64,000 nt of DNA, taken from the IMG/VR virus record IMGVR_UViG_3300031953_000001, one strand, 5' to 3'. The DNA comes from a virus (taxonomy: Duplodnaviria > Caudoviricetes). The position numbers and the translations under genes are program-made. Shown piece by piece: positions 18,157 to 28,461 of this stretch (its first letter is position 1; each line of letters starts with the position of its first letter). The notes below the pieces were generated by a model. That model was given only the letters and a program-made list of their open reading frames with translations. It made no database searches and was not told the origin of the DNA.

Positions 18157-19308
18157 ATGTTTGACAGTAAAGTTGCGGTGACGGCCCTGGAGTTTGCTGC
18201 CCAGGTTCCCGATTTGCTCCGTTCCAGTACCAGCAGTTCATTAATTGAGTACACCCGACCTACGCGGGTCGAGCCTGTGTGTTTGGTTGATTTGCGCGCT
18301 GCTCAGTTGCCGTACATCGACGACGTTATGCACGCGGCCTTGAATATCTTTTCAGGGTACTATTTACAGGCCGTGAGTCTGGCGGTCAACGTGGGCAGTG
18401 TCAACGTCTTAAAGACGCTGGACAAACTCAACCCCAACCGTTCCCCCATTGAAGCAGCTGATCGGGGAGCTCGTGACTTTGGTAAATGGTCCTTCTCAGG
18501 AGAGTCGTTCAGCTTTGGCTTGCCGTTTCCGGATCAGGATCGAGGACTCGTGGCCTCATTGGAGGCACGTCGTCAAGACTCTGAATCGAGCATGGAAGCC
18601 ACCATCACAGAACAAGAGCGCGATATGGAAGGCGGCCCTGGCGCTAAGAGCATCGCCGACATCAACGAGAACTCAAACCTTTCCGTTGGTAAACTATTGG
18701 ACGTCAAGGTCAAAAGTGAAGGGCAAGAAGGTAGCTTCCCGGTATCGGTGCGTTTGATGGTAAGTACCATCCGTCCCGATGTCATGGCTCATACCTTATC
18801 GCTTGGCTCCAAGGACACCAGCATCAAAGAACGCTGGCACGGCTGGCGGTCGGGTCAGTTAAAGTTCTTCCGCGATCTGGTGATGGCGCAGGACATGATC
18901 GATGAACACCGCAAGAACCTGATGACCGACGGCAGCGGCTATTACCAGGCCCAAGTCGGGCGCAAGAACAAGAACATGATTTCCGGCATCTTGTCTCGCA
19001 ACCCATCAGTGGCTACCGCATCGTCCATATTCGTCATGACCAGCGACACCGCTAAGGATCTGGAACGGAACGCTCGGGCGCGCTTGAAGAACTTCAGTGA
19101 TCGGGAAAAGATATTTAAGGACACCTACGCGATGATGTTTTTTGTCATCGACCCCGATTGGGAACAGGTGACCATCTATCACCGCAGCATTGAATCCCCG
19201 AGTGAGGTTTCCATACGCGAACTGCAGCGCAGCAACAAGCGTGGCGGCGGCCCGGACATCATGGAAATTCTCAACGCCTTCCGCCAGGCCAAGTCACCTA
19301 CACTTTAA
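18157..19308 (+). CDS. inner head protein (phiKZ gp89-like)
   Basis: 383 aa; ALE, SLE and SME sites; divergent from the previous gene as in phiKZ-like phages. Confidence 0.6.
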   Translation: MFDSKVAVTALEFAAQVPDLLRSSTSSSLIEYTRPTRVEPVCLVDLRAAQLPYIDDVMHAALNIFSGYYLQAVSLAVNVGSVNVLKTLDKLNPNRSPIEAADRGARDFGKWSFSGESFSFGLPFPDQDRGLVASLEARRQDSESSMEATITEQERDMEGGPGAKSIADINENSNLSVGKLLDVKVKSEGQEGSFPVSVRLMVSTIRPDVMAHTLSLGSKDTSIKERWHGWRSGQLKFFRDLVMAQDMIDEHRKNLMTDGSGYYQAQVGRKNKNMISGILSRNPSVATASSIFVMTSDTAKDLERNARARLKNFSDREKIFKDTYAMMFFVIDPDWEQVTIYHRSIESPSEVSIRELQRSNKRGGGPDIMEILNAFRQAKSPTL

Positions 19309-19322
19309 GGTCGGGATAGACG

Positions 19323-20216
19323 ATGAAGATTGCAAAATACGTTCAGTCATTGCTACCAAGCATTGAAAAGAAGTCAGTCCGTAAGAACCTCGACGATCTA
19401 CGGGCTGAATTACGGGATCACACCTTACCTCCGTTTCAAACGTCCCATGAGATGCTCAAACGCTGGCGGTTCAAAGACCGCTTCTGTCAAGACGTCGACA
19501 AGCGCTTTCCTCGGGAAGTGGGTTCCAAGTTCCGTGGCAACTACGTGGAAGTCACTTACTTCATCCTTAAGCGGACGTTGGAGAACATCGATACGTTTGA
19601 TAAGATGGTGGATGAGGCTTACGCCCACGATGTAGTGCGTTCCGCGATCTCGTACAGCGACACCCAACTGCTTCAACTGATCGAAGCCATTTCCTTTGCG
19701 GTACGTTACGCCCGGAAGCTGTTGATGTACACCTTGGCGCAGGAAGTGGATCTGTACCGAGACAACAATCTGCGTGGCCAAGAGCTGACCAAAGCAGAAA
19801 CCGACTGGTTGATCCGTAACGTGCAGGTGTTTTACCTGACTCTGCGGGCTTTGGACAAGCCGGGTAAGGACTACCTCAGCATCTTCCAAGAAATCCCAGA
19901 CATAGCGGTGGATGTGGACAACGCCGACAATGTCGCGGCCATGGTGGGGTCTCAGAACCTTGACCCGCTACGGTTAGGCGCCCATGGTTTGATCTTAAAC
20001 CCCATCTATCACGTTCGCATCGCTTGGACCGAGTGGCAAGTCGCTCGTTACGACTCCGCGAAAGAAGAACGTAAGATGTTGGAGTTCCAGATTCTGGATA
20101 TGAAGAACGCCCTTGATAATAAGAGCGATCCTAAACTGGAGAAGGCCCTTGAGTACACCCAAGACCGCGTGTCTCGGTTGAGCTACAAGATTCAGAAGAT
20201 AGAAGAAGGGGAATGA
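19323..20216 (+). CDS. head protein (phiKZ gp90-like)
   Basis: 297 aa helical protein; LILNPIYHVRI motif; synteny. Confidence 0.6.
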   Translation: MKIAKYVQSLLPSIEKKSVRKNLDDLRAELRDHTLPPFQTSHEMLKRWRFKDRFCQDVDKRFPREVGSKFRGNYVEVTYFILKRTLENIDTFDKMVDEAYAHDVVRSAISYSDTQLLQLIEAISFAVRYARKLLMYTLAQEVDLYRDNNLRGQELTKAETDWLIRNVQVFYLTLRALDKPGKDYLSIFQEIPDIAVDVDNADNVAAMVGSQNLDPLRLGAHGLILNPIYHVRIAWTEWQVARYDSAKEERKMLEFQILDMKNALDNKSDPKLEKALEYTQDRVSRLSYKIQKIEEGE

Positions 20217-20836
20217 CTGTGAGCGATCAGATCCATATTTACTATCCACGTGGGTATCGGGTCCTTCGCCACGGTCAGATGCCGATAGAGCACAACGACG
20301 ACCACAGCGTTGAGGATAAGGAAGGCCACTCAGTGGTGTATTCCAACGGCGATGACGAGGTCAAAGAACTCTATCGGCGCTACCGGGCCAGCGAAGACAC
20401 GGCGACGTGGAAGTACGTTACCGATGTCTTGGCTTGCGCTAAGCGACTGATGCCCCACCCAACCAGTTTCTTTTTCTTCCAAGCACACAACCGTCGACTG
20501 CACGGTCAATCGTTTGAGTTTTTAAAAGAAGTCATGCAGTACGTTGAAACCGGCCGATGCACACTGCAACCTTTGTCCGCGTTTGAGTTGATCGAAGATC
20601 ACCCAGACCGTGACAGTTCAGTGAGTGCAAGTCGTAAGGTTTTAGCGTTAAACGTGCCCAGCACTCATTTGACGCCATTGGCGACTTGGGTCTCGCACCC
20701 AGGCGGTTTGACCCACTTGGTTGAGACCCTCTATATCTTCTTTGGCCCTGCCCGAGTAGAGAAGACGGTACAGTTACCCATCCGTAAGCTGTCAGAGCGT
20801 AAACTGACCAAGGGATGGATGACCGTCGTCAAATGA
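20213..20836 (+). CDS. hypothetical virion-block protein
   Basis: 207 aa, ATGA overlap with the previous gene. Confidence 0.6.
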   Translation: MTVSDQIHIYYPRGYRVLRHGQMPIEHNDDHSVEDKEGHSVVYSNGDDEVKELYRRYRASEDTATWKYVTDVLACAKRLMPHPTSFFFFQAHNRRLHGQSFEFLKEVMQYVETGRCTLQPLSAFELIEDHPDRDSSVSASRKVLALNVPSTHLTPLATWVSHPGGLTHLVETLYIFFGPARVEKTVQLPIRKLSERKLTKGWMTVVK

Positions 20837-20937
20837 GGGAATAGTATGTTGGAGCACGGCTGCAGCTGTGTTTTGTTGAAGTCTTCTGCGGTGCCCAAGG
20901 GCGACCGCATCCTTAATTGCAATTAGGAGCATTACCT

Positions 20938-22302
20938 ATGTCACGTCTGTTTCGTAGCGCGCTTTCCATGGAAAGCCATATCGACACCGCCATCGCCATT
21001 GATCCGCTGAAAGCCGAACTGGCTCTTGAAAGCGCTGCCATTGAAGTCAGCGAAGCTGTCTTTGAAGTGCAGATGGCTGAACTACAGCAAGAAGAGCTGG
21101 AGCACGCACATGCGTCTCTGGAATCTATGGCCCTCTCCCTGGAAGCGCTGATCAAAGACGATCCTCGCGGTCTGGACCGGGTGTCAGCTCAAGGCTACCA
21201 GCACGCCATGACGGCTATTCTAGGCGACAGCCTACCTAGCCCCGTTGCCTCCCTGGAAGCCTTTGGCGGCGAGTCTGAGTGTGCCGAAGCCACCAAGCTT
21301 TCCTTGGAAGGCATGAAAGACACCATGAAGAAAATCTGGGACGGCATCAAGCGTTCCATTGAAAACGCCATCCGCGCCATCGCTGACTTCTTTGCCAAAC
21401 TGTTCAACGGCGTTAAGAAGCTTCAGGACCGCATCAAGTCTATGCAGACCGACGTGGCTGCTAAGAAGAAAGCGGGTGACAAAGCTACCGGTAAGTTCAA
21501 GGTACCGGGTGTAGACGCGGTTCAGTTGGGCGGTAAGGTTGACCAGCGCGCTCTGGAATCCGGTGCTAAAATGGTCATGGACCAAGTAGCCGGTACGGCC
21601 GATGCACTTCAAGAAGCGGCAGAAGACTACTACAAAGGTCTTCAGGCGTTTTACCTGAAGCCAGGCGACGACACGTCAGCAGTTGAAGGCGCACACAAGA
21701 AAGCCAAGGACAAGATCGAATCCTTAAAGCTGGAAACCGGTGAACTGCCAGGCGGCAAGACCTTCGAATACGAAGTAACCAAGGCCGACTTGGAATTTGT
21801 GTCTCCACCTAAGTTGGTGGATTTCTCTGGTAAGCAGAAAGCTCCAGCGGGCACCGTGGAAATAGACGTACTGGATCTGAACACCATCGACAAGTTCTTG
21901 GGCGAAGCCGCCAAGTTCGCCGATGAGATGGCCAAGAAAGGCGATCGTCGTGCTAAGTTGAAGTCAGCTCGTCAGAGCGTTGTCGCCGAAGCCGACAAGT
22001 TCGTTGAGACAGGCGAGAAGAAGCTGTCGGACAAGTGGACTCAGGCTAAGCTGAACTACGCACTGCGTTCAGCGAACGCAGACTTCACAGCCACCATCGC
22101 TCGGGTAGACGGGTACGTGTTCAAATACGTACGCGCCCTACTTGCGGTTCTGTCAGCGGCTCTGGGTGAGTACGGCAACAAGACCGAAGTCAAAACCGAA
22201 GAGATGGATCAGGACGCAGACGACCTGAACAAAGACGGCAGTGAATCCGATGACGGCGCTGAGACGTCCGGTGATGAAGAGTCTACCGAAGGCAAGAAGT
22301 AA
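20938..22302 (+). CDS. phiKZ-like internal head protein (gp93-97 family), paralog 1
   Basis: Multiple SLE/ALE/SME sites, KKIWDGIK...FFAKLF, LPGG; AGGAG RBS before ATG 20938. Confidence 0.8.
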   Translation: MSRLFRSALSMESHIDTAIAIDPLKAELALESAAIEVSEAVFEVQMAELQQEELEHAHASLESMALSLEALIKDDPRGLDRVSAQGYQHAMTAILGDSLPSPVASLEAFGGESECAEATKLSLEGMKDTMKKIWDGIKRSIENAIRAIADFFAKLFNGVKKLQDRIKSMQTDVAAKKKAGDKATGKFKVPGVDAVQLGGKVDQRALESGAKMVMDQVAGTADALQEAAEDYYKGLQAFYLKPGDDTSAVEGAHKKAKDKIESLKLETGELPGGKTFEYEVTKADLEFVSPPKLVDFSGKQKAPAGTVEIDVLDLNTIDKFLGEAAKFADEMAKKGDRRAKLKSARQSVVAEADKFVETGEKKLSDKWTQAKLNYALRSANADFTATIARVDGYVFKYVRALLAVLSAALGEYGNKTEVKTEEMDQDADDLNKDGSESDDGAETSGDEESTEGKK

Positions 22303-22325
22303 TTGTCTTTGATTAAGGTTCGATA

Positions 22326-22357
22326 AAAGAGGGGGCCTTCGGGTCCTCTCTTTTTTT
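22326..22357 (+). terminator. intrinsic terminator
   Basis: GAGGGGGCC-ttcg-GGTCCTCTC followed by T7. Confidence 0.85.
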
Positions 22358-22363
22358 GTCTTG

Positions 22364-22371
22364 ATGGTATG
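22364..22371 (+). promoter_or_regulatory. putative late promoter core ATGGTATG
   Basis: Just after the terminator, 33 nt upstream of the 22404 start. Confidence 0.55.
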
Positions 22372-22403
22372 GACACGATTATTACGACACAAGGGGAACA
22401 CCC

Positions 22404-23570
22404 ATGTCATCTGAACATTTACTGACGTTGACCATCTGTGAGCGGTCAGCGGAGGAACATTACCAGTCGTGCGTTTACTCGGCCCTTCAATTGGAGAGCT
22501 TAGCACAACGGGAAGTGGCTTTATCGGACTTTGCGCACGACACTCAAGGGGTGTCTTTGGAAGGTCAGGCGGCTTTGCAGCAAGCGTACACCGTCTTACT
22601 GGACGATCAAGGCTCAGGGCAACTGAGCACCGAGGTGATCAAAGAAGCCTTGGAGAAGCTGTGGCAAGCCATTAAGAACGCCATCGGGCGTATGCTCCGT
22701 GCCATCAAGGATTTCTTGTATCAGCTGATTCGCGGTACCGAGGGGTTACTTAAAGGCATCGACAAACAGCGTGAGCAGATCGATCAGATTGAGAAAGCCG
22801 GGTTGGCTGCACCCACTCGACCTATTACTGTGACTGGCGGGTCGCGGTTGCACATGGGCGGGGAGATCAAGATCGCAGAACTCACCGACGGTGTGCGTAA
22901 CGGCGTGACGATCCTGGGTCAGATCAAAGAGGTGTACCTCACCGGAGCCTTTGGTCTCATCGCCGATCTTGAACAGATCACCGACAAACTGCGAAAGGTC
23001 GATGCTGACAGCGCACGGTCTTTGCAAGAAGAGATTCGGTCGTTGTCGACTTACCCGTCACGAGTGTCGATTGAGATGGATTCCATACTTAAAGGTCTGC
23101 GCGATCGAGAATTGCCGGGGGGTAAGCGGGTCGACGTGGACATGACCGAGTACAGCAAGCGCGGCGTACCTAAGAACATGCCCGACCTGACCCTGAGTGA
23201 CTACCATAGCCGCACACGTTACCAAGAACGTACCCAAGTAGCGGTGCCTGAGTTACACGACTTAGGAGGGCTCCTAGACGCTCTGGAGGAGATAGTGCGC
23301 AGCATGTTGGACGCCAACGATCGGGTGGATACGTTAGTCACTCGGTACGACCGCATCGCCAAACGCGCAGACGATCTGTTTGACCGTCAATCGGTCATGG
23401 GTCAGTTGAAAGAACACATGCACGAACATTCGGTTGAGTTGCTTATGCGATTCTATCAAATGGCTATGCCCATGGCGATTCATCGCTTAACCAAGTATGA
23501 ATTCGCAGTTGCCCGCGCCACTTTGGCGTACGTGAGTGACTGTTTAAACTCCTACGAACCTCCCCGATAA
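22404..23570 (+). CDS. internal head protein, paralog 2
   Basis: VSLE, LEKLWQAIKNAI, GSRLHMGG, LPGG. Confidence 0.75.
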   Translation: MSSEHLLTLTICERSAEEHYQSCVYSALQLESLAQREVALSDFAHDTQGVSLEGQAALQQAYTVLLDDQGSGQLSTEVIKEALEKLWQAIKNAIGRMLRAIKDFLYQLIRGTEGLLKGIDKQREQIDQIEKAGLAAPTRPITVTGGSRLHMGGEIKIAELTDGVRNGVTILGQIKEVYLTGAFGLIADLEQITDKLRKVDADSARSLQEEIRSLSTYPSRVSIEMDSILKGLRDRELPGGKRVDVDMTEYSKRGVPKNMPDLTLSDYHSRTRYQERTQVAVPELHDLGGLLDALEEIVRSMLDANDRVDTLVTRYDRIAKRADDLFDRQSVMGQLKEHMHEHSVELLMRFYQMAMPMAIHRLTKYEFAVARATLAYVSDCLNSYEPPR

Positions 23571-23581
23571 GGAAGAAGAAG

Positions 23582-24841
23582 ATGACATCTCGATTAGACG
23601 TTACTCTGGCCCAGGCCGAACACGACTTACTCTTGAGTACTCAGGCCGTGTCTATGGAAGCCCTCCGGGGCGATGTTCTGGGCGATGCGCACCGATCCTT
23701 AACTCAGATGGCCGCGACGTTAGAATCTCTGGTCACTCAGAACCAAGCCATGACGCCGGTCTTAGTCGAAGGGTGTCAACACGCCATAGCCACGATTGGT
23801 GGGGGCGGCTTGTCTGAGTCGATGGTGTCCCTAGAAGCGTTCGACGGCGACCCTATCCAGCAAACTGCGATGTCTCTGGAGGCCTTGAAAGACAATCTGA
23901 AGAAGGTTTGGGAAGCCATCAAACTGGCGATTAAACGAGCCATACAAGCCATCTCCGATTTCATCTCCAAACTCTTTGGTGGTTTGGCTAAGTTAGAGAA
24001 GAAGGTCACGGCTTTGTTAACTAAAGCCGACGACTTGATCAAACGGCGCGTTAAGACCGATGATAAGATGATGATCACCAACGTTAGCCGCATCATGCTC
24101 AACAACAACGCTAACCCCAAGATCGTGGAAGACGGCATTCAGATTGTGTACAAGCAATTCTATGCTGCCACCACCGATTTCACGGGGGTGATGGGAATGT
24201 ATCAGAAGCAGATCCTAGCTCTGGTAACCTCTTTAAACTTTGTGGATAACTTCACCCTTAAGGGCTTTGAGGAAAACGACGTCGACATGACCAGTCAAAC
24301 GTTGAAAATCTTTAAAGGTCTCACCGGTCGAGTTGAGTTGCCAGGAGGGCGTGCGCTTAGGGTTGGTATGATAGATCTTACTGAAGTGAAGAACCAATCG
24401 GCACATGCCCCGAAGATACTCCGCAGCGTTAAAATCGTCGACCACCCTAACAGCAAGAACCCACCGGACAAGATCGAAACCAAGATCCCCAGTGCTGAGT
24501 GGGTTTCCGATCGACTGAACGAGGTACGAGCTTTCACCAAAGCGTACACCAAGGACAGACGCGAACAGCGGATAGAAGAATACAACTCGACGAAAGAAGC
24601 CACTATCGCAAAGTTTGAAAAGTCGACCGCACCTATGGGTTCGACGATTTCTATCGAAGAAGCCACTGCCAACGTTCGAAAGACGCTGGATTACCTGCAG
24701 CGTAACTACAGCGACTCGATCGCGCGTTTGGACAGCTACGCGTTCCGCTACATGCGGGCCGTTGTCAGTTATCTGGAAGATTGTCTTGATGCTTTGGAGA
24801 AGGCTACATCCAACTCCAAAGAGGTGGACATAACGCGGTAG
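23582..24841 (+). CDS. internal head protein, paralog 3
   Basis: SME, VSLE, MSLE, LKKVWEAIKLAI, LPGG. Confidence 0.75.
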   Translation: MTSRLDVTLAQAEHDLLLSTQAVSMEALRGDVLGDAHRSLTQMAATLESLVTQNQAMTPVLVEGCQHAIATIGGGGLSESMVSLEAFDGDPIQQTAMSLEALKDNLKKVWEAIKLAIKRAIQAISDFISKLFGGLAKLEKKVTALLTKADDLIKRRVKTDDKMMITNVSRIMLNNNANPKIVEDGIQIVYKQFYAATTDFTGVMGMYQKQILALVTSLNFVDNFTLKGFEENDVDMTSQTLKIFKGLTGRVELPGGRALRVGMIDLTEVKNQSAHAPKILRSVKIVDHPNSKNPPDKIETKIPSAEWVSDRLNEVRAFTKAYTKDRREQRIEEYNSTKEATIAKFEKSTAPMGSTISIEEATANVRKTLDYLQRNYSDSIARLDSYAFRYMRAVVSYLEDCLDALEKATSNSKEVDITR

Positions 24842-24856
24842 TGTGTGCTTAACCTT

Positions 24857-24889
24857 AGGGCCCCATCGTGAGGTGGGGCCTTTATGCCG
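24857..24889 (+). terminator. hairpin terminator with TATGCCG tail
   Basis: AGGGCCCCAT-cgtgag-GTGGGGCCTT then TATGCCG. Confidence 0.7.
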
Positions 24890-24958
24890 CTGTCATCGCA
24901 AACCCACAAGGCTCATCGTATAGACTCTTACGTTGTTTCCACGCTTATCGAGGTAGTT

Positions 24959-26467
24959 ATGCCCACCATTACAGTAGACGTTGAGAACACCGAACAGACG
25001 GTCACCCGCCGCGTCGTGATGGATGTGGTGTACGACCTGATTTCAGCATTCGGCATCAAGTATAAGGTCAATGTGATCTACCCCAACGCCACCGACCCTG
25101 AGGACCTTCCGATCTCACTCGCCGCGCCTAGGAACTCACCCCATCAGAACATGACCTTACTGATCGAAGCCTCGGAGACGTTCATTGAAAACGACTTGGC
25201 CACCATGCAGTTCCGTACCGCCGAGCAAAGCCCGATCTTCATCGATCGAGACTTAGCCGTGGTGGTTGCCCCGGCCTACGCCCGCAAACGCTTAACCTTA
25301 AACTTGAGACTCCGCTTCCCCGACCGCAACTCCGCCATCACCCAGATGAACGACATGCGCCGCCACGTCAGTCTGCGTCAAGACGGTCTGTTTCATGAGG
25401 TGGAGTACGAGTATCTGATCCCTAAAGTGAACGTGGTGATCCTAACCGAGGTCCACCGCCTCAGAGAGAAGCTGGCCGGTTATGGTGAGGATTTGAGTCA
25501 GTGGTTGATTGCGTGTTTCTGCGATCAGGCCTTTACCTTATCAAACGCCGATGGGTCTCAGCGGGCGTTGGCTAAGAAGGAGTTGCAGACAGGGATCTTA
25601 GGCAAGTACGACTATGACATCACCCCAGAGCCCCCTGAACCCAACCAAACAAAAACCGCCCACACGTTGACCTTGGCGTATGTGGTGGAATACGACGCCC
25701 CCATTGCCACGGTGATGACATACCCCATCTTGGTGCACAACCAACCGATCAACTCTGACTTCTATCAACACACCCTACCGTTTGAGTTGGCCGATCGTTT
25801 GGCGTTGCCGTCTCAATCGCGTCGTCAATTAGATCAGTTCACCAGCAACCAGTACGTCACCGGTTTCCCCATGGGTGCCCCGGTGCCTACCTTTATGCAA
25901 TGGCTTCCGCCAACGGTTCCCAGTTACACCGAAGGGCTGTTACGGGTTATGTGTGTGGTTGATCCCAACGATCGTTACGACCTGGCCAGCTTTTATGAAC
26001 TAGGGGAACTGACGTGGCGCCAACCGTACTTAGACTTTCTAACCGCCGAGCGGGAACGGGTGCCTTACCACCGACACTCGCCTTTGTTTGTCGCGCTGTA
26101 CGAAGACGACAAGATGTTAGGCCCCGAATCGATCACGGTTGATGAGACCTTGACCGTGCGCAGCACCTTTCCAATGGATCTGCGCCGCCGGTATCACCTG
26201 TGGGTAGGGATTCTGACCAACTGGGAGTTTTTGAAGAAGGACGCCCAAGAACGCTTACGCAAAAACGGTCTTATGTGTCGCACGTTGATGTTGGGCATAG
26301 ACCCAAGTTTCCCTGAGAGTAAGTTGCCTGGGTCTTTGTCTGGGGACTACATCCCCAAACGCAGCTTCGACACCGCCGTTGACGATCTGAACCGACGCAG
26401 CACGCCCATCCGCGGCAACCCGCGACACTTGAACTTACGCATCGGTCACTTTGTTGTGGCCGTTTGA
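24959..26467 (+). CDS. virion structural protein (phiKZ gp98-like, neck region)
   Basis: ATG 24959 after GAGGT; about 502 aa; synteny. Confidence 0.6.
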   Translation: MPTITVDVENTEQTVTRRVVMDVVYDLISAFGIKYKVNVIYPNATDPEDLPISLAAPRNSPHQNMTLLIEASETFIENDLATMQFRTAEQSPIFIDRDLAVVVAPAYARKRLTLNLRLRFPDRNSAITQMNDMRRHVSLRQDGLFHEVEYEYLIPKVNVVILTEVHRLREKLAGYGEDLSQWLIACFCDQAFTLSNADGSQRALAKKELQTGILGKYDYDITPEPPEPNQTKTAHTLTLAYVVEYDAPIATVMTYPILVHNQPINSDFYQHTLPFELADRLALPSQSRRQLDQFTSNQYVTGFPMGAPVPTFMQWLPPTVPSYTEGLLRVMCVVDPNDRYDLASFYELGELTWRQPYLDFLTAERERVPYHRHSPLFVALYEDDKMLGPESITVDETLTVRSTFPMDLRRRYHLWVGILTNWEFLKKDAQERLRKNGLMCRTLMLGIDPSFPESKLPGSLSGDYIPKRSFDTAVDDLNRRSTPIRGNPRHLNLRIGHFVVAV

Positions 26468-26482
26468 TAAAAGGAATCGGAC

Positions 26483-27838
26483 ATGCCCGTTTTTAATCCC
26501 TCTAAGCCCGGGGCGGTGTCTAACCCAACCGTCCCTCTACCGACCGAGAAGACGTACGACACCAGCACCGTCAGCAGCCGTCGTGTTCCGTTAAGTTCCT
26601 TGTTGACCAACATCGAAGGTTACCCCTGGAGCACGGAGTACTATCATCAATACCTAGGACCCGATGACGCCCCTCAACCTTTGGGTCTGAGCGTTGATCC
26701 CACGTTGCAACAGTACCATCTGATCCGCGACTTTGAGATTCGAGTCACCGATCCTTTAACCTTTGATTTCATCAAAGAACGGCGGTCTGAGCGCCTGGAA
26801 GGCACGGGGATGGTGTACCCTGGGTTGATCACACCGATTCGTGGGGACATGTTCATTGCCGACGTGGGTGATGGTACTGTGGCACTGTTTGCGTTGACCG
26901 ACGTCACGCCTATGTCGTACTTTAACGACACGTGCTATCAGGTCAATTACCGGATGACCGGGACCTTGAGTGAGCTGCACAAACAAAACCTTGAAAGCAA
27001 GGTGGTGAAGACCAGCTTTTACAGTAAGGATTTCTTACTCAACGGGCGCGACCCTATCTTGTCGACAGACACGGTGGAACGTAAAGGGCGCTTGGAGAGT
27101 CACGGGCATCAGTTGTTGGAGATGTTTCTCAACGAGTTCATCGATCCACACACCCGACACTTATGCGTACCCTCGCAAGAGGTGGCCACGTTTGATGCGT
27201 ACGTCTCCGGGTTTGTCCAACGGTTTTTCAACATCACTCAGCACCCATTGATGCGCAAAGCCAATTGGCCGGAGGTGTATCAACTGCAAGACCTGCGCAG
27301 CGCCACCTTGTGGGATCTGTTATTGGAACAACAACCGATCGACACTCGATCTTTGGCCAGCCGGATCACCAATAAGGTCAGTGTGGTCGATACGTGGGTG
27401 CTAAAACAGAGTCCGTTCTTTGGAGGATTGTACTACAGCTCGATAAGACGCGTTGTATGGCCCACAGATCGACTGGACGACCGTTTAAGTTACCCAATGA
27501 ATGAGAGTAGTCCTCGCAACGAATCACTCTCAGAGACGCTCTCAGACACCACCACGATAACCGTCGACGTTAGCAACTCACCAGGTGGAGATCAACCCCT
27601 AGCCTTCCCAGTATTGGTGGACGATTACTACGTCTTCTCTGAAGCCTTCTATCTGAACGATGCAGTCAATCAATCTTGGTTGGAACACATGGTCACTCAG
27701 ATGCTGAACCGTGAAGCGGTGGCGGCTGAGGTCTTGCTCGCTGTGTGCGACAGTGCTTATGGCTGGGGCACCCTTGAGCGTTACTACTACACACCCGTGT
27801 TGTTGATCCTGATCAATTACACCATACGAGGACTGTGA
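26483..27838 (+). CDS. virion structural protein (phiKZ gp99-like, neck region)
   Basis: 451 aa, AAGGA RBS; PxxGDxFIADVGDG motif; synteny. Confidence 0.6.
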   Translation: MPVFNPSKPGAVSNPTVPLPTEKTYDTSTVSSRRVPLSSLLTNIEGYPWSTEYYHQYLGPDDAPQPLGLSVDPTLQQYHLIRDFEIRVTDPLTFDFIKERRSERLEGTGMVYPGLITPIRGDMFIADVGDGTVALFALTDVTPMSYFNDTCYQVNYRMTGTLSELHKQNLESKVVKTSFYSKDFLLNGRDPILSTDTVERKGRLESHGHQLLEMFLNEFIDPHTRHLCVPSQEVATFDAYVSGFVQRFFNITQHPLMRKANWPEVYQLQDLRSATLWDLLLEQQPIDTRSLASRITNKVSVVDTWVLKQSPFFGGLYYSSIRRVVWPTDRLDDRLSYPMNESSPRNESLSETLSDTTTITVDVSNSPGGDQPLAFPVLVDDYYVFSEAFYLNDAVNQSWLEHMVTQMLNREAVAAEVLLAVCDSAYGWGTLERYYYTPVLLILINYTIRGL

Positions 27839-28452
27839 GGATGAGTGAAACAAGCTCACCGGAACTGACGCCGGCGTATCGGCTGTTCCATTTGTATTAC
27901 GGCTGTATGATCCCGGCGCCTTATGCGTATGAAAAACACCACCGCTTAGTGGGCTCGGTAAAGTACGAGAGCGCCCAAGCTGAACAAATCGCCAGTGAAG
28001 AGATGGTGTCTCGACAGCACACGGTGGTGGAGTTGATCAAATACCACGAGCGCGGCGCGGCCATCATACTCACCAACCCCAAGGACGCAGTGACCATTTA
28101 CTACGACCTCAGGGACCACTTGGTGCAGATGCGAGAGAAGATGCGGTACAACGTCAACCATCAAACCGCCCCCTTGGACGATTTACGCGCCATGGACGAG
28201 TTTGCCCGAGTGGTGTATCGCATCGCCCGTCAGTACGAAACTGGGGTGCCGGCACAAGGTAACCTCACCCGGCGTATGGACGACATGTTTGGACAACGGC
28301 GGAAGATCCGTCGCTTGGCCGTTCAAGAACGCAAAGAAGCCGATGCCACTAAGGAAAAGTACCCAGATGGTAAGCCGGTGAAAGAGCACGACTCCATCTC
28401 AGACGACATCAGTCGTGAGGCCTTGGAGCGTGGTCTTCCTCAATCACGATAG
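27835..28452 (+). CDS. conserved hypothetical protein (phiKZ gp100-like position)
   Basis: 205 aa, coupled to the previous gene (in-frame ATG at 27841 is the alternative start). Confidence 0.6.
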   Translation: MRMSETSSPELTPAYRLFHLYYGCMIPAPYAYEKHHRLVGSVKYESAQAEQIASEEMVSRQHTVVELIKYHERGAAIILTNPKDAVTIYYDLRDHLVQMREKMRYNVNHQTAPLDDLRAMDEFARVVYRIARQYETGVPAQGNLTRRMDDMFGQRRKIRRLAVQERKEADATKEKYPDGKPVKEHDSISDDISREALERGLPQSR

Positions 28453-28461
28453 AGGTCGAGT

